A stretch of 64,000 nt of DNA from IMG/VR virus record IMGVR_UViG_3300008259_003073; one strand, 5' to 3'. How positions within the stretch are numbered: position 1 is the stretch's first letter; every line of letters starts with the position of its first letter. The position numbers and the translations under genes were made by a program. Shown in pieces: positions 1 to 9,152 of the stretch. The stretch is from a virus (Duplodnaviria; Caudoviricetes). Below the pieces are notes generated by a model, which made no database searches, was not told the origin of the DNA, and was given only the letters and a program-made list of their open reading frames with translations.

Positions 1-1
1 T

Positions 2-304
2 ATCAATCAATACTGCTACTCCACCTTTCTTTTGGGTTTCGGCAAGAAGATGGGCAGAGAGCAGAGATTTTCCACTCTGCTCTAAACCCGTAATCTCCGT
101 AATACGTCCAACTGGCAATCCACCATAAGGTCGGTTTGAGATTGCTACATCTAACATTGCGTTTCCGGTAGATACCCAATCCTTTACATTGGTAGGGGCA
201 TCTCCACCCTCATCAGTTAGAAAGTAAGCAATCTTACCATCCTTATTTTGTTTGTTTAGAGAATCGGCAAGTAAACTTGCTAAATCTTCTTCTCTTTTTG
301 CCAT
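2..304 (-). CDS. uvsX: RecA/UvsX-like recombinase, 5' part (runs off the left edge; absent from the ORF track)
   Basis: Manual translation from ATG at 304: MAKREEDLASLLADSLNKQ...STGNAMLDVAISNRPYGGLPVGRITEITGLEQSGKSLLSAHLLAETQKKGGVAVLID. It has the RecA-type GGLPxGRIxEIxG motif and Walker A GLEQSGKS, and lies directly downstream of the SSB gene. Confidence 0.92.
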   Translation of the reverse strand, partial: MAKREEDLASLLADSLNKQNKDGKIAYFLTDEGGDAPTNVKDWVSTGNAMLDVAISNRPYGGLPVGRITEITGLEQSGKSLLSAHLLAETQKKGGVAVLID

Positions 305-315
305 TATAATTTTTT

Positions 316-1173
316 TTAATTGTTAAATAAATCATCGAATGCCGATGCTACATCTTCTTTAAGAGGAGATGCTTTTTGTGCAGTCTTTGGAGTTTCATCT
401 TCCCACGGAAGTTCACCAATATCTTGCGAACCACCCATATCGGTAGATACGGTTGATTGTTTAGGTTGAGGTTTTGCCGCTGCTAATTCCTCATTGATTG
501 GGTTTCCACTACCATTAGCTGGAGCAGATGGGTTTAACCAATTTTCCAATACACCCTTCAATTCATCATAAGATAATTCAGAATACAATTCCGTAATTTC
601 TTTCTGTGCGTTCAACAATTCGGTTACTGCATCTGCATCTGGTAAGATTTTAGATGTTGCAGGTTTAACTCTGATTGTAGTTGTTGGGTATGCTGCATTT
701 GATTCTTCTGCAGATACTACTTCCAATACAATATCACGACCTGTATGTGGGTCTGTAATATCACCATAATCAGGGTCTGCAATATATCCTAAAATATCCT
801 GATATACGGTCTTACCGAATCCCCAAAATTTAACACCTTCACTCTCCTTACCTCTTACGATTACAGGTGCGAATGTTCTTAATTTTGGTTCCATCTTCTT
901 ACCTGCTTTCCAATCATCAGTGTCACCAGTTCGTTTAAGTTTTTCTGCAAACTCTACGATTGGGTCAGGTCTACCAAATGAGATAGGACTCAAATAAGTT
1001 TTGTTGTTAATGTTGTAGTGAAAATACAATTCGATAAAAGGATTATCCTTATTGAATTTGTAAGGTACTAAACGGATTTGAGATTTTCCGTTTGCCGGTT
1101 TCCAAATTGAGTCCGACTTCTTTGTGTTGTTTTGAAGAGAGCTAAATCTCTTGAGTGCTAATGAAATGTCCAT
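316..1173 (-). CDS. gp32: single-stranded DNA-binding protein, T4 gp32-like
   Basis: WKP...IRLVP...FIELYFHY...SP...DPI pattern, VKFWGFGKTVY, DITDP..GRDI, and acidic C-terminal tail (FDDLFNN); adjacent to uvsX. Confidence 0.85.
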   Translation of the reverse strand: MDISLALKRFSSLQNNTKKSDSIWKPANGKSQIRLVPYKFNKDNPFIELYFHYNINNKTYLSPISFGRPDPIVEFAEKLKRTGDTDDWKAGKKMEPKLRTFAPVIVRGKESEGVKFWGFGKTVYQDILGYIADPDYGDITDPHTGRDIVLEVVSAEESNAAYPTTTIRVKPATSKILPDADAVTELLNAQKEITELYSELSYDELKGVLENWLNPSAPANGSGNPINEELAAAKPQPKQSTVSTDMGGSQDIGELPWEDETPKTAQKASPLKEDVASAFDDLFNN

Positions 1174-1272
1174 TGCTTTTTTAAGTTTTAAGTGTTAATA
1201 AATTGTTTTAAGTTTGAAGGTTTTATCGCGATTCCCTTATATCTAAATATAACCTTTTTACTTTTGTTGTAA

Positions 1273-1304
1273 CAAATATACAATATTTTTGTTACATTTC
1301 CAAG
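1273..1304 (-). promoter_or_regulatory. Bacteroidota-type sigma-A promoter upstream of gp32
   Basis: Minus strand reads CTTG (1304-1301), a 20-nt spacer, then TATATTTG (1280-1273). This matches the -33 TTTG / -7 TAnnTTTG consensus. Confidence 0.7.
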
Positions 1305-1306
1305 TA

Positions 1307-1663
1307 TTATTTTGCCCACTTTCCTCTACTCACTAATTGAGAAATTACGGAGTAAACTGCTAGGTCTTGATAGGTATCTTCGATGGTTTCACCCACTTCA
1401 TCAGGGTGTCCTAATACTACCAATTGTTTTAATCTGTTGATTTTATCATTCTTTCTGAACCATAGACCACTCAATGATAATTTAATATCTTCTTTAGTTT
1501 TAAGTTGTGTACCTACTGAAATATTTCCAGGTCCATAGTTTCTTTGCTTTTTACAAAAAGTAGCATACATTTCATCCAAAATGTTTTTGAATTCAAAAGT
1601 CATTTCTGGATAATTTTCTTCACAATACTCAATTGCGGATTGTTCTTTTTTGGTGTTTAACAT
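1307..1663 (-). CDS. DUF1599 / nucleotide-modification-associated domain 1-like protein
   Basis: FCKKQRNYGPGNI ... LWFRKNDKINRL ... ETIEDTYQDLAVYSVI resembles the K-N/Q-x-D/N-YG ... D-x-x-x-DLxxY family pattern (recognised by eye). Confidence 0.6.
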   Translation of the reverse strand: MLNTKKEQSAIEYCEENYPEMTFEFKNILDEMYATFCKKQRNYGPGNISVGTQLKTKEDIKLSLSGLWFRKNDKINRLKQLVVLGHPDEVGETIEDTYQDLAVYSVISQLVSRGKWAK

Positions 1664-1983
1664 AACTTATTTTTTAGTAACTTTTTATTTATTTTATTTT
1701 TTAATTTAACTCCTAAAGCACACATTTCATACTCCTCATATTCTACGAGGGTTTCTATGTTTTCATCCAATAAATTTAAAAATTCTTTACTCTCAATTGC
1801 AAGCATAATAACAATCGAATGTTTGATTATTACATGCGCAAAATCAACGCGTGATTTATCGTTTCGAATTCCGAAAGAAATCGAGTCAATAATTGCTTTA
1901 GATATTTCCATTCTATGAGTTTGGAAAATATCTACAGGGTCTTCAACATAAATTTGGATAGGTTTAAATCTATTTTTTTTCAT
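1657..1983 (-). CDS. hypothetical protein, C-terminal UVR-like helix (EEYEMCA)
   Basis: 108-aa ORF in the genome strand, overlapping the downstream start by 7 nt; function not recognised. Confidence 0.55.
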   Translation of the reverse strand: MKKNRFKPIQIYVEDPVDIFQTHRMEISKAIIDSISFGIRNDKSRVDFAHVIIKHSIVIMLAIESKEFLNLLDENIETLVEYEEYEMCALGVKLKNKINKKLLKNKLC

Positions 1984-2012
1984 ACTATGAATATATGAAA
2001 AAAAAATCAGAA

Positions 2013-2414
2013 TTACAACTCATCTGTGTTAAAACTTTTAAAAACTTTTGTAGGGATTTTTTTGTATCCAATCGAAGATGTTGTAATGATGCAATTTTTA
2101 AATTCATCCCAATCAATCATATAAGAATTATCCAGTATTCCACCTGTCTTTGATTTAACTACTTCGTTGAGTGCATTGATGGTGTATATTGTATTTGATT
2201 GTTTTTTTCTATGAACTAAAATCGTTTTCCATTCGGAATCTATTGCAGAAGAACCTTTCTCTACATTAAACGTAATGTATAGTTCTCCCTCATTTATTTT
2301 ATTTTCTAGTACAAATACGTTTGGATTTGTAAGTATATACTGATTTAGAACGAATTCTACCGATTTATTTAACTCTCCCTTTGTGGTAAAAAGGCATAAT
2401 AACTGTGTATTCAT
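2013..2414 (-). CDS. conserved phage hypothetical protein
   Basis: 133-aa ORF with the LLCLFT ... TILVHRKKQSNTIYTINALN ... DW pattern seen in large T4-like phages; GATAAATAT (variant late motif) lies upstream on the + strand at ~2440. Confidence 0.65.
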   Translation of the reverse strand: MNTQLLCLFTTKGELNKSVEFVLNQYILTNPNVFVLENKINEGELYITFNVEKGSSAIDSEWKTILVHRKKQSNTIYTINALNEVVKSKTGGILDNSYMIDWDEFKNCIITTSSIGYKKIPTKVFKSFNTDEL

Positions 2415-2473
2415 CTATTTTTGGTTTATTAACTTTACCGATAAATATAAAATTTCAAACCAAAAGTGATTTA

Positions 2474-4345
2474 TTAAGGATAAACCTGTCTATTAGCCTT
2501 TATAATTTCTTTAGCAAACTCGTCATTTACCACCATTTCAAACTTAAATTGCCCTCCATAATTTCTACCATCTTCTCTAATATCTATGTTTGCAATAGGT
2601 ATAACTCTACCTCCAACTTTAACTTTAAATGCAATAAATGGTGGTGGTCCAGGTTCTGAAATTAATCCTTGTTTAAATTCTTCAAAATCACTTGTACCAA
2701 ATATAACTTCCATTGTACTCTTATCCAACATATATTCCCCTAATGCAATACTTTCTTCACCATCTGCAACAGATTTTAGTGGAAATTCCGTTTTAACCTC
2801 ATTTAACATACCATCTCTCAATCTCTCATTGGTTGTAATTGCCTTTACCGCCTCTGCAACATAATTAGCATGGTCCGCATCCATTTCATTGATAAAATCA
2901 GTAGCTACTTTAGATGATTCTCCTTCTCCTTTTCTTTGTAAAGCCCGTATCCCTTCAAATAAAACTTTATTCTTTTCTCTACTACCTTTTCCTTTAAGAG
3001 TATCAGCCAGTGCAGTATCGAAATCAATACCTTTTTCTTCCATTGCCTTTTTAAAATCTTCATCTTCTTCGGCAAGTTGTCTAATAGCATCTGCGTTTTC
3101 TTCGCAGAATTTTGCCAGTTTCGCCCTTTCATTTTTTGCAAACATTTGAGGGTTGATATTATCAGGAACATCATCTTTCCCCAGCCATTCAAAAAACTTA
3201 CCTGTTCCAGAATTAAGTAAGTTAACTTTTAGATTTTGTTTTAGAGATATTTCTTCCAAAAGTGGTTCTCCGTTTTCATTCTCAAGTCGTATATAAATGT
3301 CAGTTGAAAATCCTTTATCACCATAACTACCTAATCCAAGTGATTCAACATCAGATTTGGTATCCCAAGATGCTGCGGTGATTTTATGACCTGGATATTG
3401 TTTTTCTACTTTTTTAAGTATTGCTTTTCTGTTGTTTGTAGCAGCCTTTAACCAAGTTTGATTTACAATTCGGGTACCATCTTTTTTCAATTCTGGATTC
3501 TGTGATGTTAATGCTTTTATATGTTCCGATACTGCTGATTGCATTTCATTCCACTCATCATCACTCATCGTACACGCCATCATCGTCATCAACTCACCAG
3601 CTTGAGCTGGCAGTTTACCAGCTCCACCTGGAAAATTTGAAAAGTGAGAAATCTTTTTTGCTGCTCCGACATGTTGTGTATTCATCATTCTCTCAAACAA
3701 TTTCAAATATTTTTTAGGAAATTTTGGATTGTTAGCAATACTTTCTGGTATTTTAAATGGTGGTGGTGGAATCGGATTTGCAAACTTTTTATTTTTTTCA
3801 GCAAATTCTTCATCATTTGGGTCTAAATCTTTTTCAAATTCTTCAGTTTCCAATGGATTTTCCGAACTTAAAGTTTTATCCTTTCCGTTTACAATTCGTT
3901 TTTTAGGTTCTGTTTCGGTTGGTTCTGTGGATGGCTCATCAAATACACTTGCACCGCCACCAGTACCGAATACGTTTGTACCTTTAACTGGCTCTTCTTC
4001 ATCGGAAGATGGAAGTTTGCCACCACTTTTTTCTTTTGCCTGTTTTATTTCGGCAGGTGTTGGTTTATCGTGTTTGTCTGGGTCCATCTTCTGAACTGTG
4101 TAGATATTACCAGATTTTTTACTCTTTACAATATCTTCTTCTTTAAGAACACGTTTTGGTTTTGGAGTATTTTCTAGGATGTATTTGAATACAACGGATG
4201 CTCTATCCACCAATTGTTGTGCAGATGGAATATCTCTTTCTCTTAAAAGTTTTACCAATAATTGTTTATGTGATTCTTTTGTTAAATCAGGAATCCCTAC
4301 GTGAAATTTTAATTCGTCTAGTATTTCATCAAAATCTGGATACAT
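2474..4345 (-). CDS. hypothetical 623-aa protein, possible PD-(D/E)xK nuclease-like domain, candidate internal head protein
   Basis: Long ORF with a late motif at 4371. It has an acidic/Pro-rich N-terminal linker after an LKE site, then AGELM ... STDIYIRL ... EEISLK. Confidence 0.6.
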   Translation of the reverse strand: MYPDFDEILDELKFHVGIPDLTKESHKQLLVKLLRERDIPSAQQLVDRASVVFKYILENTPKPKRVLKEEDIVKSKKSGNIYTVQKMDPDKHDKPTPAEIKQAKEKSGGKLPSSDEEEPVKGTNVFGTGGGASVFDEPSTEPTETEPKKRIVNGKDKTLSSENPLETEEFEKDLDPNDEEFAEKNKKFANPIPPPPFKIPESIANNPKFPKKYLKLFERMMNTQHVGAAKKISHFSNFPGGAGKLPAQAGELMTMMACTMSDDEWNEMQSAVSEHIKALTSQNPELKKDGTRIVNQTWLKAATNNRKAILKKVEKQYPGHKITAASWDTKSDVESLGLGSYGDKGFSTDIYIRLENENGEPLLEEISLKQNLKVNLLNSGTGKFFEWLGKDDVPDNINPQMFAKNERAKLAKFCEENADAIRQLAEEDEDFKKAMEEKGIDFDTALADTLKGKGSREKNKVLFEGIRALQRKGEGESSKVATDFINEMDADHANYVAEAVKAITTNERLRDGMLNEVKTEFPLKSVADGEESIALGEYMLDKSTMEVIFGTSDFEEFKQGLISEPGPPPFIAFKVKVGGRVIPIANIDIREDGRNYGGQFKFEMVVNDEFAKEIIKANRQVYP

Positions 4346-4384
4346 ATTTTATCTGTGTTTCTGTATATCTTATAAATATATAAT

Positions 4385-5649
4385 TTATCCTAAATGAACC
4401 AAATTATTGTAACTGGTTCCTTCATCAATTCGAACGGGAAACCCACCCTTTTCCATAATGGTCGGTAAAAGTTTTAAAATCCCCTCCCTCTCCATCGGAT
4501 GTGTATCTATGAGAAACGCATCATAGGTGTATAGAATCAATTTCGATTTCATCTCACTCATTTGGTTTAGGATATCACTCATCTTTTTATAATTCACTTC
4601 CGTTTCTAGAGCTTGTAAGAGATAATTAAATACCTTTTGTTCAGTCCCTCCTTCTATTTTAGTGAAATGAATTTCCCTTCCGTATAGGGGTGTTTTCAGA
4701 ACTCCGGAGATTACGAACTTTTGGTAAACCTCTTTGATGTATTTATCAACGGTTTGAAAAAACGGTATCTCCCTTGCGAACGAATCCAACCCCCCATAGA
4801 GATACTTAAAGGTTAGAGCTTTGGCCGTTTCGTAATCCGTTCCATAAAGATTGGCAAGGTGTTGGTGAGCAGTTTCTCCTTTTGGAAATTCATACCCTAC
4901 GATTTTCGCAATCAAACGGATGTGGTAAGACTCGTAATCGAATTGTAAGAGAGTACCCCCATCAAAACGGCTAACAAAACAATCTCTACTACCATCGGAT
5001 TTGTTAAGAGCGGAGTAATTTACATTAAGGTGTCTATTGGATGGTCTACCTGTAGTTGTGTATGGATTGTATTTCGTATACACTTTACCATTATGTATGT
5101 GCTTGGGAGAGAAACTAAATCTATCAATAAATTTTTCCTCTTCGACTTGTACCCCAGCCCCTCCAGCCTCCCTAACTCTTTTATGGAATCTGAATAAATA
5201 CGATACCAACTCTTTCTGTTTTTTATATCAGGGATTGATTTTAAGAGTTCGTACCACTTCATTAGCGGGATACAATCATTCAACTCATTATAATCGGACC
5301 TATACCCCTTAAAAAGAGTTTCTACCCATTCAGAGAAATTAAATGGTTTACCATATTCTTCGAAGTAGACCCATTCATAATCTAACCCTTCTGATTGAAT
5401 GTATCGGTTTCCCAAAACCAATGTATTTTCATTACAAAGTTTATGTATTGGAAAATTTGGTAAGGTTGAAGCATCAACATGATTGAAATTTATTATACCA
5501 TCATCGGTTTCAGTTCTGTAATACAGAAACGATAGATGCGTACCAAATTCATGTGCTTTGGGTGAACTCCACACTGGTATCAATAATCTAATGTTTGGAT
5601 TAGATTGGACAAAAAAATGTAGGGTATCCCTATTTTCTATTAAGTTCAT
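4385..5649 (-). CDS. polA: compact family A DNA polymerase-like protein split by a -1 frameshift (ORFs 5020..5649 and 4385..5209)
   Basis: The downstream frame has TTTGRPSN, motif A LLQFDYESYHIRLIA, motif B AKALTFKYLYG and motif C LILYTYDAF. The upstream frame joins as IKELGRLE-G-AGVQV if one base is added near 5158-5161; the joined length is ~421 aa. Confidence 0.75.
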
Positions 5650-5655
5650 ACCCTA

Positions 5656-5687
5656 CAAATATATAAAATTTATTTCAATAATCCAAG
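5656..5687 (-). promoter_or_regulatory. Bacteroidota-type promoter of the polA-like gene
   Basis: CTTG (5687-5684), a 20-nt spacer, then TATATTTG (5663-5656), ending 6 nt before the ATG at 5649. Confidence 0.7.
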
Positions 5688-6467
5688 TTATTCTCCCCAA
5701 TGGTTTTTACGAAGTTCATATACATCGATTGGCTCACGTTTCATGTGATTACCTTGATTAAAGTATGCTCCTTTTTTTAGATATCCACCCAAAAAGTTTC
5801 GTCTAAATCTATTTGATTTATTTGGTTCTGAACCATGAATTGTGTGTGAGTGAAGTAAAACAACTTCTCCTTTACGAAGATATCCTTCTACTTTTCTAAA
5901 ATCATGTCCTTCTGGCATAACACACGGCTTACCTCTTTCGTTTCTCCAAAACTTTGGATTACTCTTTGCTCTTTCCTCATCAATTTCAATCGGTAAGACT
6001 GGTAATCTGTGTGAACCTTCGTAATTCCAAACTGCTCCGTTTTCGGGATCGTGGTTATCCAACGCTAAAGCAGTATTGATAATTTCGTTATGTTTACAAC
6101 CTGTATAGAATCCATTTTGGTGTTGGTCTCTACCCAATTGTCCTGGTGGTTTGAAATATGCCCAAGTTTGTAAGCCTATCAACTCCCCCTCCATCAAAAA
6201 CTCCATTGCTTCAATCAACTTTGGATGGACAAATAATTTTTCTAATTTTGATGATAATTTGTGTGGATATGCAAATGGGTCCCATTCTCCCCATTCATCA
6301 CCATTGTCTTTAGTAGTCAATGACCGTTCTTGACGTAATCTTTCTAATTCATCATTAATTTCATCACATTGTTCCTCTGTAAGGAGTTGTAATACGGTCC
6401 AACCTCGATATCTCCAATCGAAGGTCATTTGTTGAATTTCTTCTTGTGTAAGATGTTTAAATGCCAT
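5688..6467 (-). CDS. PhyH-like Fe(II)/2-oxoglutarate dioxygenase
   Basis: AYFKPPG...HQN, INTALALD..DPENGAV...GSH, GEVVLLHSHTIHGSEPN.S.RFRR match the phytanoyl-CoA dioxygenase family layout. Confidence 0.8.
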   Translation of the reverse strand: MAFKHLTQEEIQQMTFDWRYRGWTVLQLLTEEQCDEINDELERLRQERSLTTKDNGDEWGEWDPFAYPHKLSSKLEKLFVHPKLIEAMEFLMEGELIGLQTWAYFKPPGQLGRDQHQNGFYTGCKHNEIINTALALDNHDPENGAVWNYEGSHRLPVLPIEIDEERAKSNPKFWRNERGKPCVMPEGHDFRKVEGYLRKGEVVLLHSHTIHGSEPNKSNRFRRNFLGGYLKKGAYFNQGNHMKREPIDVYELRKNHWGE

Positions 6468-6489
6468 AACTATTAATTTGTTCTTTAGG

Positions 6490-6521
6490 TAAATATACTA
6501 TAAATATTTTTTATTTCCAAA
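6490..6521 (-). promoter_or_regulatory. Bacteroidota-type promoter with an embedded late-type motif, upstream of the dioxygenase
   Basis: TTTG (6521-6518), a 20-nt spacer, then TATATTTA (6497-6490). ATATTTATA lies inside the spacer (6507-6499). Confidence 0.55.
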
Positions 6522-6534
6522 TTTTTAAATAATT

Positions 6535-6912
6535 TTATGATTTGTAAAATTGTGTTACATTTGGTAAATACAATCCTATATTTTTTAATGTAGTAGATGC
6601 AATGAACAAAGATGATTTATTTGAATCAATGATTCCCTTATCGGTAATATCACCTTTTTCATTATAAACTGCATTTAATGGTCCTGATATTCTCCATCTA
6701 ACGATTTCAACATTCCAATTTGGATTTTCATTTAATTTTTGAAATGTATTTAATGAAATTTCATATACAAATCCGTTTACATCGTTTGCTTTTTGTGCAA
6801 AATATCTATCTATACTTCCAATTGAATAATCGTCTTCGGTTGGAGACGGTACAATCGTACTTGGAGTAGATAGTGGATAAAAAGTTTTATTTTTAATTAA
6901 ATCTTTATACAT
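6535..6912 (-). CDS. hypothetical baseplate-region protein (probable start MYKDLIK at 6912)
   Basis: ATG at 6912 immediately follows the stop of the upstream gene (6914); sequence includes PSPTEDDYSIGSIDRYF...YEIS. Confidence 0.6.
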   Translation of the reverse strand: MYKDLIKNKTFYPLSTPSTIVPSPTEDDYSIGSIDRYFAQKANDVNGFVYEISLNTFQKLNENPNWNVEIVRWRISGPLNAVYNEKGDITDKGIIDSNKSSLFIASTTLKNIGLYLPNVTQFYKS

Positions 6913-6913
6913 A

Positions 6914-9148
6914 TTAATCTTCTTCTTCTTCTTTAACTTCAATTCTATAAGATGCGACAATTGTAGTTTTCCAACCATTTTCATCTAATCCATGTTTTAC
7001 ATTCGTAATTTGAAAATACCCATTTCTGTTGTATATTTCAGGAACTCCATCTATAAGGAAATATTCTCCAGAACTCAATCCAGCAATTCCATCTATTGCT
7101 AGAGTTATTTCTAAAAATGTTAGAGCAGTGGTTCCTTTTGATTGTTTTCCTATTGTAGATTGTATTAAACTTTTATCAGTATAAATTAAATTATTAGCAG
7201 AAGTTTTACTATCTTTATTTGATTTAAATTTAACGAAATTTTGACTCAAAACTTCATTCATATTTGTTTTTTCCTTTTCCCCATCTTTGTTTTCGGTAAT
7301 GTTTGTTACACTTCCTCCAGAAGTTAGAATTTTATTCCATTCATCGGAATCTTTTACCAATTTAATTTCAAGAGCATTTATTGAATAGTATCCATCAGCA
7401 TTTGGTGTTCTATAATTAATAGCATCTTTATATGTTCTACTTGCATTTGTTTCCGTATCTTCAGTTTTATCCTTTTGAATATTATTTATTGCAAGTTGAG
7501 ATGAATATAATGCCTGTGATTGAGCTAAAACATCTAATGCCATATCAAACGTAAATTCTTTTACGATAGAACCCTTTGCACCTATTTTAAATCTATATTT
7601 TTCAACAGGTGGTGGTGGTGTTTGTAATTTTCTATCAATTATAGTATTAGTTGAAGAAGCGTTTGGATTATCATCTGGTTTACCGATTTCTAATTCACAT
7701 AACCCAAACATATTATCATTAATCAAACTTGTTAAAGCATTTACAATATCAGCTTGAGCGTATGCTTGTGAATAAAATTGTACAAATGTGGACCATTTAA
7801 CAAATACATTTAAAAGATTACCACTTATAGATGATAATGAAACAGTTTCAGATGTGTTAGATTTACTGGTTAATGTTATGTTTGTAGCTTCTTTTCCATT
7901 TGAAATATTAAAACTATATCCATTTATCGGCGCATCTACAAAACTTCCGCTTTTATCTATTATTATTTGTTCTTTTAAATTAGCATCAGTTACTACTTTT
8001 ATAGATGGTAATCGTCCTGGTAATATAAAATCTGATGTAGTTGATATAATATGTGGTGATGAATTTACTGGTATAATATCTTTACCATCCAATGTATACG
8101 CCGCATCTAAAATGTTTTTAGATTGTTTATATACCTGAATATTATTTAATATTTTCATTAGTAATCTAAATGAAACATATTGTTCTTTATTAAATTTAGT
8201 ATCTTCCTGCTTTTCGTTTAAAACCCCCCAGTTAAAAAATTCATTCTTGTCATCTTTTTCAGTTATTACGTTTTCAAGTGGTGGTTCATTCATATCCGCA
8301 GCGATTTTTTTAACCCAAGATTGAAATCCTGTTACGTTTGGGTCACTTGAAGGTTTACTTCCTTTCGCTGCTGGTTTTGCTTGTTTTACGGGCATCCATA
8401 ATTGCAATTCATTTCCTGCGGATACTTCTAACATTATATCGTATGTACCATCTTCCTGGGGACTGAATGTGTAATTAGTAACATTCCCTGCCATGTAATC
8501 ATACTCATAGTTAGTTTCCTCTATCGTTTTTAAATACGCCAATCTAGCCTCTCTATATGCGTTATCTTTGTGAGAAAATATTTTCATATAGGCATCTACA
8601 TAATCTGTAAATTTCTTTTTTGCAAATAATTTAGAACCAATTATATATTTATTGGATTTGTTTTTAATATCAGTATTCCACCCCCATTCTACTACAACTT
8701 TAGTAGCAGGTCTTAAAAAAAACAATTCAAACATTTCTAGTTGTTTCAAACTAAATACTTTTATTTGAAGTTGTGCAGTTTTTAGTGTATTATTATTACC
8801 ATCCGTATCCAACTCCATTGATAATATAATTGGAGTAGATATTCTTCTATTTGTTTCTTTTAGAACTTCTATTGGTTTCCCATTTAAATCATATCCAACA
8901 ATTGTGTTACCAGTTTGATATAAGTTTTTTATATCAGTAGTATTTGCAACCACACATCCTTGAAACGCGTTTGTATAATCTTGATTTTTTACTATTTCTT
9001 CATACGGAATACTTTTATCCGTAACTACGGTAGCAGAACTCAACATGATAAATGGTGATAGAGAATTTACATAACTAATATCATTTTCTCTTTCTGTTAA
9101 TTTTTTTACTATACCCGGTTTTAAAGGGGCTAAAAATGGAAATCCCAT
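6914..9148 (-). CDS. putative baseplate hub protein (gp27/GPD-like)
   Basis: Lies after the tape measure, tube-initiator and LysM-like genes. The C-terminus ITLAIDGIAGLSSGEYF...YFQITNVKHGLDENGWKTTI is typical of contractile-tail hubs. Confidence 0.5.
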   Translation of the reverse strand: MGFPFLAPLKPGIVKKLTERENDISYVNSLSPFIMLSSATVVTDKSIPYEEIVKNQDYTNAFQGCVVANTTDIKNLYQTGNTIVGYDLNGKPIEVLKETNRRISTPIILSMELDTDGNNNTLKTAQLQIKVFSLKQLEMFELFFLRPATKVVVEWGWNTDIKNKSNKYIIGSKLFAKKKFTDYVDAYMKIFSHKDNAYREARLAYLKTIEETNYEYDYMAGNVTNYTFSPQEDGTYDIMLEVSAGNELQLWMPVKQAKPAAKGSKPSSDPNVTGFQSWVKKIAADMNEPPLENVITEKDDKNEFFNWGVLNEKQEDTKFNKEQYVSFRLLMKILNNIQVYKQSKNILDAAYTLDGKDIIPVNSSPHIISTTSDFILPGRLPSIKVVTDANLKEQIIIDKSGSFVDAPINGYSFNISNGKEATNITLTSKSNTSETVSLSSISGNLLNVFVKWSTFVQFYSQAYAQADIVNALTSLINDNMFGLCELEIGKPDDNPNASSTNTIIDRKLQTPPPPVEKYRFKIGAKGSIVKEFTFDMALDVLAQSQALYSSQLAINNIQKDKTEDTETNASRTYKDAINYRTPNADGYYSINALEIKLVKDSDEWNKILTSGGSVTNITENKDGEKEKTNMNEVLSQNFVKFKSNKDSKTSANNLIYTDKSLIQSTIGKQSKGTTALTFLEITLAIDGIAGLSSGEYFLIDGVPEIYNRNGYFQITNVKHGLDENGWKTTIVASYRIEVKEEEED

Positions 9149-9152
9149 AACT

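Noticed and set aside
5151-5175. G-quadruplex at the polA junction
   Set aside because: Only three tracts of three or more G are present (GGG, GGGG, GGGG) plus GG pairs, so at best a weak two-tier structure. It is noted as context but not claimed.
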